This document shows positions 36,784 to 46,616 of a DNA stretch of 64,000 nucleotides, piece after piece (the stretch's first letter is position 1; each line of letters begins with the position of its first letter). The stretch lies in NCBI GenBank assembly GCA_963724455.1, contig CAVRUV010000022.1, positions 2,821-66,820 of the forward strand, given 5' to 3'. The notes under the pieces were generated by a model. It saw only the letters and a list, made by a program, of their open reading frames with translations. It made no database searches and was not told where the DNA came from. The position numbers and the translations under genes were made by a program. This stretch comes from an uncultured Candidatus Woesearchaeota archaeon (GTDB lineage Archaea; Nanobdellota; Nanobdellia; Woesearchaeales; UBA525).

Positions 36784-37782
36784 ATGAAGGATATCAAGTT
36801 AGGTTATACTTTTGACGATGTATTGTTAGTTCCGAAGCATTCTGATGTAAAAACCAGATCGGATATTGATACTTCTTGTAGTTTAGGAAAAGGCATTTTG
36901 CTAAAGATTCCTTTTGTACCATCTAATATGAAATCAATCATGGAAACAGATATGGCAAAAGCCGTTGCTAGTCAAGGCGGGCTCTCTATACTGCACCGTT
37001 TTATGAGTGTTGATGAACAAGTTGCGATGTTTAATGAAGTCAAAACTTTTGGTCATGTCGGTGCAGCAATCGGTGTTAAGCAAGAAGATTATGATAGACT
37101 TTCTAAACTTATTGAAGCCGGTTGCAGAGTAATTTGCATTGATGTCGCACACGGAGATTCAGTGTTGTGCATGGATATGATATCTTATGTGCATAAAAAA
37201 TACCCAGAAGTTCTTATTATCGCAGGTAATGTTGCAAGTGCTGAGGGAGCGCTTAACCTTGCAAAAGTTGGTGCTGATGTCATCAAAGTAGGAATAGGTC
37301 CTGGAAGTCTATGTACGACCAGAATCGAGACTGGTAATGGTGTTCCACAGCTTACCGCGTTAATGGATGTATTTGAAGCAAGGAAGACTTCTCAAAAACA
37401 TTTCAAGATTATTGCAGATGGTGGTATAAAAAACTCTGGCGACATAGTTAAAGCGTTATGTTTTAGCGATGCTGTGATGTTCGGAAATCTTCTTGCAGGA
37501 ACTGATGAAGCGCCTGGGAAGATATTCTCTATGCAAGGAAAGTCTTTTAAGGAATATGTGGGCAGTTCAACGCACAAAGCAAGTCACGTAGAAGGTGTTA
37601 CTGCTATGGTTCCATACAAAGGACCAGTTGATCGCATCCTTACAAGATTAATGGAAGGTGTAAGATCTGGTTGCAGCTATCAAGGTGTACAATCAGTACA
37701 AGATCTGCAAAAGGATCCGCAGTTTGTAAAAATCAGCCACGCTGGTCTAACAGAGAGCCATCCACACGATGTAATGTGGTAG
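36784..37782 (+). CDS. IMP dehydrogenase/GMP reductase family enzyme (no CBS insert)
   Basis: [28 protein letters not shown] (catalytic Cys loop), [15 protein letters not shown]. The 332-aa length fits GuaC-like or short IMPDH-related proteins. Confidence 0.8.
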   Translation: MKDIKLGYTFDDVLLVPKHSDVKTRSDIDTSCSLGKGILLKIPFVPSNMKSIMETDMAKAVASQGGLSILHRFMSVDEQVAMFNEVKTFGHVGAAIGVKQEDYDRLSKLIEAGCRVICIDVAHGDSVLCMDMISYVHKKYPEVLIIAGNVASAEGALNLAKVGADVIKVGIGPGSLCTTRIETGNGVPQLTALMDVFEARKTSQKHFKIIADGGIKNSGDIVKALCFSDAVMFGNLLAGTDEAPGKIFSMQGKSFKEYVGSSTHKASHVEGVTAMVPYKGPVDRILTRLMEGVRSGCSYQGVQSVQDLQKDPQFVKISHAGLTESHPHDVMW

Positions 37783-37913
37783 AAATAAATTTAAGATTTT
37801 TTTAATTTTTTTCTTGTTTGTTTTTTTGTGTATATTTTTTTAAACAAACTACTCTTATTTATAGAGAAAAACTAAAACAAAAATAATTAAATAAAAAAAG
37901 AAAAAATAAATAG

Positions 37914-38264
37914 TTACTTCTTTGTAACTTTATCCTCTTTTAAGATCCATTTTGCAATTAGGAATACTACAAATGCAATGATTGCAAAGTCTAGTACTGC
38001 TCCTACAAAATCTCCTAATTTCAAGACGATTGGTCCTAATGGGAGTGTGGCTTCTCTCCAGTTTCCGCCGGGAATAAATGGCGTTACAAGTGGCATGATT
38101 ATATCTGCAACAAGAGCTGATACTAGTTTTCCAACTGCTGCACCAATGATTACTGCAATTGCTAAACCGATAATTCCATACTCTTTTAGAAAGCTAATAA
38201 AGCCTCCTGCAATTTTATCTGAACCGCCCTTCAGACTTCCTCTCATATTGTTAAGTTTCTTCAT
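37914..38264 (-). CDS. mscL: Large-conductance mechanosensitive channel MscL
   Basis: FLKEYGIIGLAIAVIIGAAVGKLVSALVADIIMPLV and a second TM. Confidence 0.85.
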   Translation of the reverse strand: MKKLNNMRGSLKGGSDKIAGGFISFLKEYGIIGLAIAVIIGAAVGKLVSALVADIIMPLVTPFIPGGNWREATLPLGPIVLKLGDFVGAVLDFAIIAFVVFLIAKWILKEDKVTKK

Positions 38265-38378
38265 AAATTACCTCCCCACCTTTAATTATTCCAATTAGTT
38301 TTTGGGTTTAATAAAGTTTCGAAGGAAGAATGGCTGTTATTTATTTCCAGATATGTTTATAATTGCCTGAATAACACA

Positions 38379-38987
38379 TTGATTATGGTTGATTATAAGA
38401 AAACAACAATTGAATCATATAATCAAAATGCTAAGGAATTATCTGAAAAATTTAAGGAATTAACTGACTTGAAAGAAAGATATGAGTTTCCTAGATTCAT
38501 AAGTTTATTGAAAGGAAAGAAAATCTTGGATTTAGGCTGTGGTTCCGGAGATCATTCTTTATATTTTAAAGAAAAAGGATTGGATGTTATCTCTATTGAT
38601 TTATCTGAAGAAATGGTTAACTTATGTAATAAAAAAGAGATTAATGCTCATCTTATGGATATTGAGCACTTGCAATTTGAGAATGATTCTTTTGATGGGG
38701 TCTGGGCAGTAACATCACTGCTTCATATTCCTAAATCAAAATTAGACGACGTTATTAGAAGATTAAATCTCATCCTTAAGGATGCAGGAATTCTTTATGT
38801 GTGCGTCAAGGAAGGGGTTGGAGAAGGATTAATTGAAGACAAGACTGGACTTACAAAGAGATTTTTCGCGTTTTGGCAAGAAGAAGAGATGAAGCTCATA
38901 TTTGAAAAGCATTTTACTTTAATAGAGATTAGTAAATTTAAATTAGGAAATACTGTATTTTTAAAAGCGTTTTTTATGAAAAAATAA
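38379..38987 (+). CDS. Class I SAM-dependent methyltransferase
   Basis: Motif I ILDLGCGSGDHS and FDGVWAVTSLLHI. Confidence 0.75.
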   Translation: MIMVDYKKTTIESYNQNAKELSEKFKELTDLKERYEFPRFISLLKGKKILDLGCGSGDHSLYFKEKGLDVISIDLSEEMVNLCNKKEINAHLMDIEHLQFENDSFDGVWAVTSLLHIPKSKLDDVIRRLNLILKDAGILYVCVKEGVGEGLIEDKTGLTKRFFAFWQEEEMKLIFEKHFTLIEISKFKLGNTVFLKAFFMKK

Positions 38988-39008
38988 AAAAAGAAAATTA
39001 ATAAGAAA

Positions 39009-39470
39009 TTACTTCTTGTCTTTTTTGCACATTGCGCTATCTAGCGAGCATTTTCCGCTACCGCTAAACATCAATGAAATAGTTCCTGCAAGTACTAAGA
39101 TTGCGGCTTCAGCTGCAAAAAATCCTGCAGATGCACCAGTAAATACAAAAAAGTGCCTGTATATTGCAACAAGCATTGTTATTGCAATTAGAACTGTTAC
39201 GTATCTTGTACCAAATCCTAAGACTAGTGCAAGACCGCCAAGAGTTTCAGTTAATATTACAATCCATGCAAATACTATTGCTAATGGGAATCCTGCTAGC
39301 ATACTGCCTGCAAATCCTGCTGGCGTAAAGACTAATAGTTTTGTTAATCCCATTGTGATAAGAACTCCGCCTATTAAAAGACGTAATGACAATGGTGCAT
39401 AATCTTTTTTACTCTCTAACCATGAGTTAAATTTACATTCCATGATAATTCCTCCCAACGATGTTGGCAA
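39009..39470 (-). CDS. DoxX-family membrane protein
   Basis: Four TM segments; LRLLIGGVLITMGLTKL is a typical DoxX start. Confidence 0.65.
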   Translation of the reverse strand: MPTSLGGIIMECKFNSWLESKKDYAPLSLRLLIGGVLITMGLTKLLVFTPAGFAGSMLAGFPLAIVFAWIVILTETLGGLALVLGFGTRYVTVLIAITMLVAIYRHFFVFTGASAGFFAAEAAILVLAGTISLMFSGSGKCSLDSAMCKKDKK

Positions 39471-39569
39471 TTATTATAGATACTACGATTCGTGATTTTG
39501 TTTAAAAGGGTTTTCCAGAGTTCTTCCTAAATTGAAAACCTTCTTAAAGTACTAGTTCTATGAATAAAC

Positions 39570-39869
39570 GTGGCAAAACCATCGATTCAAAAACCTGGTA
39601 TGCGCAAGGTCTGTAAAGCTTGCGGAGAATCAGAGACAAAATTGCTCGGTAGCGTATCTGTATGCTCTTCTTGCTCAGGCACTGAGTTTGTTGAGCTCTC
39701 ATTTGTAGAACAATCCAGGTATAAGCGAGAGATTGTCGATTTAAAGAGACTGAAGAAATTCTCATTTTATCACTGCGATGAACTGCATGCAGCATTATTC
39801 ATACTAATTTCAGTATTTGTCTTGCTTTTATGGATGTATATCATACACAGCAAATGGGGATTGTGGTAG
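39570..39869 (+). CDS. Hypothetical zinc-ribbon protein with C-terminal TM
   Basis: CKACGES...CSSCSG then a hydrophobic tail. Confidence 0.4.
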   Translation: MAKPSIQKPGMRKVCKACGESETKLLGSVSVCSSCSGTEFVELSFVEQSRYKREIVDLKRLKKFSFYHCDELHAALFILISVFVLLLWMYIIHSKWGLW

Positions 39870-40018
39870 ATTCTATTATTAGGATTTAGATTAATTATTT
39901 ACTAATAGGTTATCTGAATATTGAACTATTTGTCGAGTATTTTTTTTAAAGATAAACTAAGTTTAATTAATGCCTATAATGAATTTATATATTAGAAATT
40001 TAAAATAAAAAAATAAGT

Positions 40019-40333
40019 TTATACTGTTCTAAGCCATGCAAGGTGATCTCGAATGGTCTTTGCATAGTGTTTTTGATCCTTGAGATTGATAGGATAATTC
40101 AAGTCTCTAGATAGTAGGGGATTCTTGAATACATCTAAAATCCATGTTGCAAAGTCATTCTTCTTTCCTTGTTCGCTCACGTGGTGCGCGAATTGTTCTG
40201 TCGTCAAGCTTTCTACACAATTTGCAAGATCTGCAAGATTATCAATTCTATCTCCGCGAATAACCCAGAATACTTTGTCGTCTGTGGTTTTTGTGAATGT
40301 TGTGTGCTTGAGCGCTTGAAAATCAACTGTCAT
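40019..40333 (-). CDS. Hypothetical protein (DUF5752-like pattern)
   Basis: F.VIRGDRIDNLADLANCVESLTTEQFAHHVSEQGKKNDFATWILDVF resembles a conserved archaeal/bacterial domain of unknown function. Recollection only. Confidence 0.45.
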   Translation of the reverse strand: MTVDFQALKHTTFTKTTDDKVFWVIRGDRIDNLADLANCVESLTTEQFAHHVSEQGKKNDFATWILDVFKNPLLSRDLNYPINLKDQKHYAKTIRDHLAWLRTV

Positions 40334-40429
40334 ATGAATACACCCCTAATTATATGATATTCACTATGCTGTGACTATTTAAGCATTTGTTCCCTTTTAA
40401 GAGTGGTTATTATCTATCCTCATCGAGTC

Positions 40430-40849
40430 TTATTTCTTCATATTGTACGTTTTCAATTGACTTTCTAATTTTTGAACACTACTTTCTAGTTGTTCTACTT
40501 GTCCTTGAGATGCATATTGTGTTGTGTATGCTGTGCGTGTTAAATGTAATTTATTATCGATATTTTTGTATGTGTCTGTTGTTGTCAAATACATTCCAAG
40601 TCCAGTTGCAGCTACTGCTGTTAGAATTACGTGCTTTCTTGCAACATCAAGCGCTCCATTTACAGTGCTTTTTCCAACATGATACATGCTATATGCTACG
40701 ATGAATGGTGCACTTAGCAGTCCTATTGTGAATAATGCATGTTTGTTTATTTTATGTATACTATTACACCCTTCTAAAATTTTTTCCAATGCAGGTGTTT
40801 GTTCATCTGCAGTTATTTTTTCTGTTTGTTTTATTTCTTCAGTTGTCAT
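40430..40849 (-). CDS. Membrane coiled-coil protein (paralogous N-terminal module with 40861..41784)
   Basis: SAPFIVAYSMYHVGKSTVNGALDVARKHVILTAVAATGLGMYL aligns with ALPFVALEGALYYGGNFAKRHKITTAAVILAGGVYL in the upstream gene. C-terminal heptads. Confidence 0.5.
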   Translation of the reverse strand: MTTEEIKQTEKITADEQTPALEKILEGCNSIHKINKHALFTIGLLSAPFIVAYSMYHVGKSTVNGALDVARKHVILTAVAATGLGMYLTTTDTYKNIDNKLHLTRTAYTTQYASQGQVEQLESSVQKLESQLKTYNMKK

Positions 40850-40860
40850 AGTATTACCTC

Positions 40861-41784
40861 TTATTTTGGGATATGAGCAATTGATCCTACTGGTATTCTT
40901 CTGTCATCTTCGAAATAGTTCTCAAATTGCATGCTTTGCTTTTGAATAATGCGCCATGTTTGGTTATCTGCATTGCTGTAGTATGCTTTTGCAACTGCAC
41001 TCAGTGTTTCTCCTGGTTGTATTATGTGATGTGCATAACAACCATCGTTTTCGTCTATTGTGTGTGGTTCAACAGTGGATGGTATGGGGGAATTATGTTG
41101 TGCCACTCTGTATGATTGTCTAGCAGGCAGTCTAGGTGTTTGTTGTTTTAGTGTTCCTGAAGAGTATACTACTCGCGTATGACTTCCTTCATACGTTGCC
41201 GGTCCCGAAGGTGCTGTAGATTGTGTTGGAACTGATTGTGCAGGAGCTTGTATGTATATTGGTTTTTCAACAGTTCTTATTTGTATTTGCGGAGGCTGAT
41301 TTTTTAGTCTTTCATTTTCTGTCTTGTATTGACTTTTTTCTTTTTCAGCGTCATTTAATTTTTTATTTGTAACTGCTAACTCTTCAGAGGTTTGTTGCGC
41401 TCTTATGTTTGTTTCATTTACTTTTGTTTCAATTGAAGTTTTATCTTGTCTGATGGTATTGTATGCTTGAGCTAGTTTTTGTTCTCGTTCTTTTGTTGTT
41501 TCAAGTTCTTTTCGTATTGTTTCTTTTTCTGTTCTTGCTTTGTCTTCAATGTAATCAGTAATTGTTGATTTGACATATTGTCTAGTTTTTACGCAACTGT
41601 TTGTATTAAAGAGGTATACTCCCCCTGCAAGAATTACTGCTGCTGTCGTAATTTTGTGGCGTTTGGCGAAATTACCGCCGTAATATAATGCTCCTTCTAG
41701 TGCTACGAATGGCAGGGCTATTGCTGCGCCAATGCATCCTAATTTTTTTACAGTTTCTTCAGTTCCCATATTGCACCTCGTCAC
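40861..41784 (-). CDS. Membrane-anchored coiled-coil protein with C-terminal LysM domain
   Basis: Two N-terminal TM segments, long E/K/Q coiled coil, Q/P/T-rich linker, then HHIIQPGETLSAVAKAYY...IPVGSIAHIP (LysM pattern). Confidence 0.6.
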   Translation of the reverse strand: MTRCNMGTEETVKKLGCIGAAIALPFVALEGALYYGGNFAKRHKITTAAVILAGGVYLFNTNSCVKTRQYVKSTITDYIEDKARTEKETIRKELETTKEREQKLAQAYNTIRQDKTSIETKVNETNIRAQQTSEELAVTNKKLNDAEKEKSQYKTENERLKNQPPQIQIRTVEKPIYIQAPAQSVPTQSTAPSGPATYEGSHTRVVYSSGTLKQQTPRLPARQSYRVAQHNSPIPSTVEPHTIDENDGCYAHHIIQPGETLSAVAKAYYSNADNQTWRIIQKQSMQFENYFEDDRRIPVGSIAHIPK

Positions 41785-41824
41785 GTTAGTGTTATGCGTA
41801 ATTTGATATGTTTTTGATATTTTT

Positions 41825-42145
41825 TTATTTTTGCGGAGTCATAAGAGATTCAAAACTTTTTGTTATGTCTTCATGATCTTTTTTCATCTCCGGTGTGAAG
41901 AATTGATGTTGGAGATATTCTCTATCTTCAAGTATGTACTTCGGAAGTGTTTCGAGCACCCTCGCAGGTAGTCCAGAGACCTTCGTGTGTAGCATCTTAT
42001 ACACCGCAGGGACTGCTGCAATCCAATATGGAGGATTTTTTTCATTCTGTTTCATGATATGATATGTATCAACAATATCTTCTATCACTCCACGAAACGG
42101 ATCTTTTTCATCCTGTTGTGTATTGGTTGCAGCCATGTTTTTCAT
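41825..42145 (-). CDS. Hypothetical soluble protein
   Basis: 106-aa ORF in the same minus-strand gene string; no motif. Confidence 0.45.
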   Translation of the reverse strand: MKNMAATNTQQDEKDPFRGVIEDIVDTYHIMKQNEKNPPYWIAAVPAVYKMLHTKVSGLPARVLETLPKYILEDREYLQHQFFTPEMKKDHEDITKSFESLMTPQK

Positions 42146-42178
42146 CTCGTATTAACTTACAATATTATTTTTTTAGTC

Positions 42179-43006
42179 TCATTTCTTCTTATTGAATTTT
42201 TCTTGGATGGTGTCTGCACCATATGTAGCAAGTCCAGCGCCAAGTGCTGCTCCGAGAAGCATAGCTCCTTCATTGTATAGCATTGCTGCTCTTTTTGCAT
42301 CGTCTCCTTTCACGTTAAATCCTTTGATGATGTGAGCGATTTTTGGGCCAATCATATATCCTGCTGCCCCGCATGCAAGACCATATCTTTGACGTAGCTT
42401 TTCATCCTCGGTTTTTCCATTGCCTAGAACTGAATAACCAAGCCATCCGATGCTAATTGTAGTTAAGAGTGGCCCTACTTTCTTAGTCTTTTCATCGTAT
42501 ACAGACTTGTTCATCGCATCGTATATTTGTGACTCAAGAGATTTTCCACTGATAGGGTCGATTCCTTTTTCAATTTCTTTTTTTGCAGGATTAAGTAATT
42601 CTGGTTCTTTTGGCTTGAAATGATTCCCAATGTATTTTCCTGCAACTGCGCCCATAATTGCTCCTCCTAGTATGATTGCAGGTTTACTTTGTAATATGTC
42701 TGAAAGTTCTTTAGTTTGAAGATCATCTTTAAGATCCTTGAATTGCTGGTGTATTGAAGGACCAAGAATATATCCTGCCCCTAGCATTGTAAGCCCTGAT
42801 GCAATTCTGATTCTTTCATCCTCCGTGTTGTGCGGAATGTAGTGTAGAAGATGGTGTGCTGCCATTGCATCAAATGACATTTTTAGTAGGCTTTTTTCGT
42901 TGAGTTCTTGTCCGAGTATATCCATGTGTATCACCGCCGAAGGCTTGTAATACCTAGTAGTGTGTTTGCATATGCTAGAAATGTATTGATGTTTTATCCG
43001 GAACAT
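42179..43006 (-). CDS. Hypothetical protein with an internally duplicated glycine-zipper module
   Basis: Repeats RIRIASGLTMLGAGYILGPSIHQQFKDLKDD...ILGGAIMGAVAGKYIGNHF and KLRQRYGLACGAAGYMIGPKIAHIIKGFNVKGDD...MLLGAALGAGLATYGADTI. The start is more likely MDILGQ at 42925. Confidence 0.5.
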   Translation of the reverse strand: MFRIKHQYISSICKHTTRYYKPSAVIHMDILGQELNEKSLLKMSFDAMAAHHLLHYIPHNTEDERIRIASGLTMLGAGYILGPSIHQQFKDLKDDLQTKELSDILQSKPAIILGGAIMGAVAGKYIGNHFKPKEPELLNPAKKEIEKGIDPISGKSLESQIYDAMNKSVYDEKTKKVGPLLTTISIGWLGYSVLGNGKTEDEKLRQRYGLACGAAGYMIGPKIAHIIKGFNVKGDDAKRAAMLYNEGAMLLGAALGAGLATYGADTIQEKFNKKK

Positions 43007-43173
43007 ATTCGGATGCGTCGTATGAATTTACAGAATATCGTATCTTTTACGAAAGTATAATATCTAAATGTGACTTTATAATAGGATTATTGTGTTCAAA
43101 AATTTATAACTAAGAATTTTTTGCCGAGCTATAAGCTTGTCTTATGTTGAAATAATTGTTCTATGTTGGTGTT

Positions 43174-43563
43174 CTAAAATAATACAAAATATAATAGTAA
43201 TATATTTACTAAATAGGTGAATGTGCATACGATGCAAAGGTTGCGTAATTTGAAGTATAATGCGTAAGCTAAATATGCTGAGCTTAAAACTGCTGCTATG
43301 CTAATTAGTAGAAGAAAATTTGTAAATGCTGTGAATGTTACAACGATAAAGATTATGTAGAATGCAATCCCTAATACTGCATTAGAAATGCCTAACATTC
43401 TTCCATATTTGCTATTGAACGCAACTTTGCACGACGCGCGATCATTTATTTCGCAGACTGGGCGATATTCAGAATTTCTTTTAAGTTTATACTCGACGAA
43501 TATTGCGTATGCTGCTAGTAGTATTCCAATTGATGCAACGATACGTAGAGCGATTATGTTCAT
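43174..43563 (-). CDS. Vitamin K epoxide reductase (VKOR) family protein
   Basis: Four TM segments, loop cysteines (CEINDRASC) and CIVC (CxxC) at the start of the last TM. Confidence 0.65.
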   Translation of the reverse strand: MNIIALRIVASIGILLAAYAIFVEYKLKRNSEYRPVCEINDRASCKVAFNSKYGRMLGISNAVLGIAFYIIFIVVTFTAFTNFLLLISIAAVLSSAYLAYALYFKLRNLCIVCTFTYLVNILLLYFVLF

Positions 43564-43674
43564 TCTGTCATATCCTTTAATTCTTTTATATACGTATTCC
43601 AGAATGTTTCCATAGTTGTTATCTTGTTAATATTATTTTTTTTATAGAAAATCTTTTACATTTATCATTTCTAG

Positions 43675-44214
43675 TCATCTATCTTTAATTGAGATTGGTA
43701 CTATTTTCTCTATTGGTTCTTTGTATACTGTGTGGCTATATGTTAGGTATTTGTGCTCTTTTATGTGCAGGAATATCTGTTCTGTTATACGCAAGTCTTG
43801 TGCAAGATATTCTTTCAGCTCATCAATTTTTCCATCCTTGAAGAGTTGCGGAGCATCAATTCCTTTTCCCAGTTTTGAAATTCCTAGATTTCTTTCTGCA
43901 AGATCATTCAAACTAATTCGTCGATCCGTTTTCTTTTCTAGAATTCTAAATGTATCGAATGTTTTTGACGTATACTTTTTTATGATGTCAGTAGCAGTGT
44001 ATTGCTGGAGAACAATATAATCAAATGCTAGGATGTTGTGCCCGACTATTAGTTCTGCAGAGTCAAGCAATGTAAAAAATTCTGTTATGTTCTCTTCTAT
44101 GAAGAATTGGATTGTTCCGTCGATGATTGCCCCTGCCAGGCTCACTTGTAGTGCTTTTATATTATTTTTATCAGCTATTGGCTCTTTTGTCTCAATATCG
44201 ATTATTACTATCAT
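43675..44214 (-). CDS. DEDD-family 3'-5' exonuclease
   Basis: IVIIDIETK (ExoI), IVGHNILAFDYIVL (ExoII), YLAQDLRIT (ExoIII-like). Confidence 0.7.
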   Translation of the reverse strand: MIVIIDIETKEPIADKNNIKALQVSLAGAIIDGTIQFFIEENITEFFTLLDSAELIVGHNILAFDYIVLQQYTATDIIKKYTSKTFDTFRILEKKTDRRISLNDLAERNLGISKLGKGIDAPQLFKDGKIDELKEYLAQDLRITEQIFLHIKEHKYLTYSHTVYKEPIEKIVPISIKDR

Positions 44215-44288
44215 TCTAACTCCGTAATGAACTGATTGTATTATTCAATTTCGTTCAACTTTTTTAGTTATATTTTTTACAAAATCTT

Positions 44289-44999
44289 TCACATATTTTT
44301 CTCGCCCTTATCCTTTCGCAAACCGTATGGCGGTAAGAACTGTTTTGTTGACCCTGGTGTATAACGCTCTATATTATTTACTCTACGTAAGAATTCATCT
44401 GCATTGCGCAGCTTTTTTTCTTGATGTCTTGTGAATAGTCTTTTATGGGGTATTCTCACGAGCTCTTTTGGGATTTCCCAAACACTTTCTTTAGCACTTA
44501 CCCAGTTGATATTGTCGAATTTTGCAAGATTAAGCGGGCCGGCATAACTACGTAACGTTTTTTCTCCAGCATAATTTAGGTATTCGTGAAAGTAAGACAT
44601 TACTAACTCTCGTACGGTGATATATACAGGATCGCGATATCCGTTGCAATAATGATTACTTTTTGCAATAGCGCCCCATCTGCCATTCATTTTGAACACT
44701 GCAAGCACATGATCATCATCTTTTGTGTTTGCAGTAAGATCGACTAGAAGAGCTTTATGTCCTTGTATGCGCAGAACCATTGCTGCAAACATAGCTGCTT
44801 CAATGCAGTGTGCAGTTCCTGTTCGTAGAACTGTTAGCGGAGACCTGCATTCATCGCCGTTAGGCTCAAAGTTTGCTGGGATACTATCAAGATAGTCTTG
44901 AATTTTCTGCGGGGTATTTAGCGTTTTTAAGAATGTCATTTCTTGACTGCTAAATCCTTGAAATTGATTATTCCAACCATGACTCTTTATTTGCTTCAT
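44289..44999 (-). CDS. Transglutaminase-like cysteine protease-fold protein
   Basis: GTAHCIEAAMFAAMVL (Cys), DDDHVLAV (His), later Asp/Asn; the typical C-H-D arrangement. Confidence 0.6.
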   Translation of the reverse strand: MKQIKSHGWNNQFQGFSSQEMTFLKTLNTPQKIQDYLDSIPANFEPNGDECRSPLTVLRTGTAHCIEAAMFAAMVLRIQGHKALLVDLTANTKDDDHVLAVFKMNGRWGAIAKSNHYCNGYRDPVYITVRELVMSYFHEYLNYAGEKTLRSYAGPLNLAKFDNINWVSAKESVWEIPKELVRIPHKRLFTRHQEKKLRNADEFLRRVNNIERYTPGSTKQFLPPYGLRKDKGEKNM

Positions 45000-45126
45000 T
45001 ATATTTTTATAGCAGTTCAGTGCTATATAACTTTAACGACAAATTTGAGTATATGCTCTTAAGAATTAAAAGAACTAAAAAATATAAAAAAAGAATTACT
45101 TGATTTTTTTAGTGTATTATTTTGTC

Positions 45127-45624
45127 TTATTCGCTTTTTGCTACTTTAAACAATGCTTTGAATGCGACGACAAATGCACCAGCACCTGTGAAGATGATGA
45201 TTCCGTGCATTAATGTTCTTAAAAACTCAAAGCTTTCTGGTAGCACTGCGCGTACACTGCTTGTGCTCACAATGAATGCAAGGCTTGCAACAAGGAATAA
45301 GAGTACTTCTTCGTCAGTGATATTCAAGAGACCGACGACCAATCCAAAGACTGCCAGTACTGTGATTGTATAATATTCAAGTCCTGTTGGTCTAAATATT
45401 GCTGCTGCTAGAGCGATTGCAAGTCCGAGAACATACGCCCAAGCTCCAAGAAATAGTTTGTGACCATGTTTTGGAGTGACTTCCGTTACAGTTGGTGCTT
45501 CTACTATGCTTAGTTCTGGTATGCTCATTGGTGCACTAGTAGGTGTTGCCACTGGTTGAGTGGTTGTATTAGTGATTTTTTTCGCAGTTTTTGGTTTTGC
45601 GCGCTTTACTGTTTTTTTAGCCAT
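45127..45624 (-). CDS. Hypothetical membrane protein
   Basis: Basic, T/P-rich N-terminus followed by four TM segments. Confidence 0.5.
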   Translation of the reverse strand: MAKKTVKRAKPKTAKKITNTTTQPVATPTSAPMSIPELSIVEAPTVTEVTPKHGHKLFLGAWAYVLGLAIALAAAIFRPTGLEYYTITVLAVFGLVVGLLNITDEEVLLFLVASLAFIVSTSSVRAVLPESFEFLRTLMHGIIIFTGAGAFVVAFKALFKVAKSE

Positions 45625-45850
45625 GAAAATGCCTCCTTAGGAGTATTATTGTTTTATTTTCTGTTTTGGCATCTTTACTTATTTAAGGTTGCGTTCTCAC
45701 TCAAAAAGAGAGAAAATATTATTGTCGAATTTATTATTGTCTAATTAAACTCTTGTTTTATAGAATTTTGTTTAGGTTTAATTATTTTTTTTAAGTCATT
45801 ACTGTTCTTTCAGTTATCATTATCACTATTATTCATTATTATTACTATTA

Positions 45851-46486
45851 TCAGTTCCTTGTTATTCGTAAACAACTGACCTCTATACGCATGATCTTTC
45901 TTGTCTGGTGAGCATATGTCTGTTTTATCGGGAACTCATAGTTCCATTTAGAAGTTACTTTTGCTTCATTTCTTTGTATCCAACCCTCAATATAAGAGAT
46001 TGTACTGGTTTTATGCATGCTATATACAATTGGTGAAAGTTCAAGTGCTTTTGTTAAGAATGCTAAATCCGCATGATCGTCTCGTGTGCCGAATGGAGGA
46101 TTCATGATGATAATATCCACTGGTTCTTCAGGTGTTGGTACTTGCGAGATTTCAGAACAATCAATGTCATATGTATCGGGTAATATTTCCGGAAAATCAT
46201 CTAGGTTCTTTTGCAGTGTTGCGATTGCTTTGTCGTCGATTTCAACAAAAGTCACGTGTCTTGCGCCCAAAAGAAGTGCGCCTATTCCTAAAATGCCTGT
46301 GCCGCAGCCTAAATCTGCAACATGTTTTCCTTCTAATTCATTCTGCATGAAGATGTGCCATAATATTTCGGCTGCAATTTCGCTATCAGTCGTGTATTGT
46401 TCTAGCTGCACATTTGGATTTTCAAATACTTTTAATTTTGAGAGTACTATTGCAAGTTCTTTTTTGCTGTATACAATTGGTTCCAT
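45851..46486 (-). CDS. N6-adenine/RNA methyltransferase, METTL5-like (NPPF motif)
   Basis: VADLGCGTGILGIGALLLGA (motif I) and IIMNPPFG (motif IV). Confidence 0.75.
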   Translation of the reverse strand: MEPIVYSKKELAIVLSKLKVFENPNVQLEQYTTDSEIAAEILWHIFMQNELEGKHVADLGCGTGILGIGALLLGARHVTFVEIDDKAIATLQKNLDDFPEILPDTYDIDCSEISQVPTPEEPVDIIIMNPPFGTRDDHADLAFLTKALELSPIVYSMHKTSTISYIEGWIQRNEAKVTSKWNYEFPIKQTYAHQTRKIMRIEVSCLRITRN

Positions 46487-46616
46487 ATTGTTTTCTCGCC
46501 ATATATGTGTTTAACAGTGTTAGTGTTTCTGTATATTTTAGTATTATTTTGTTTATATTAGTCAATTTTTCTTTATTGTTTGATTCATATTTACTATATG
46601 ATTTGTTATTCATTAT

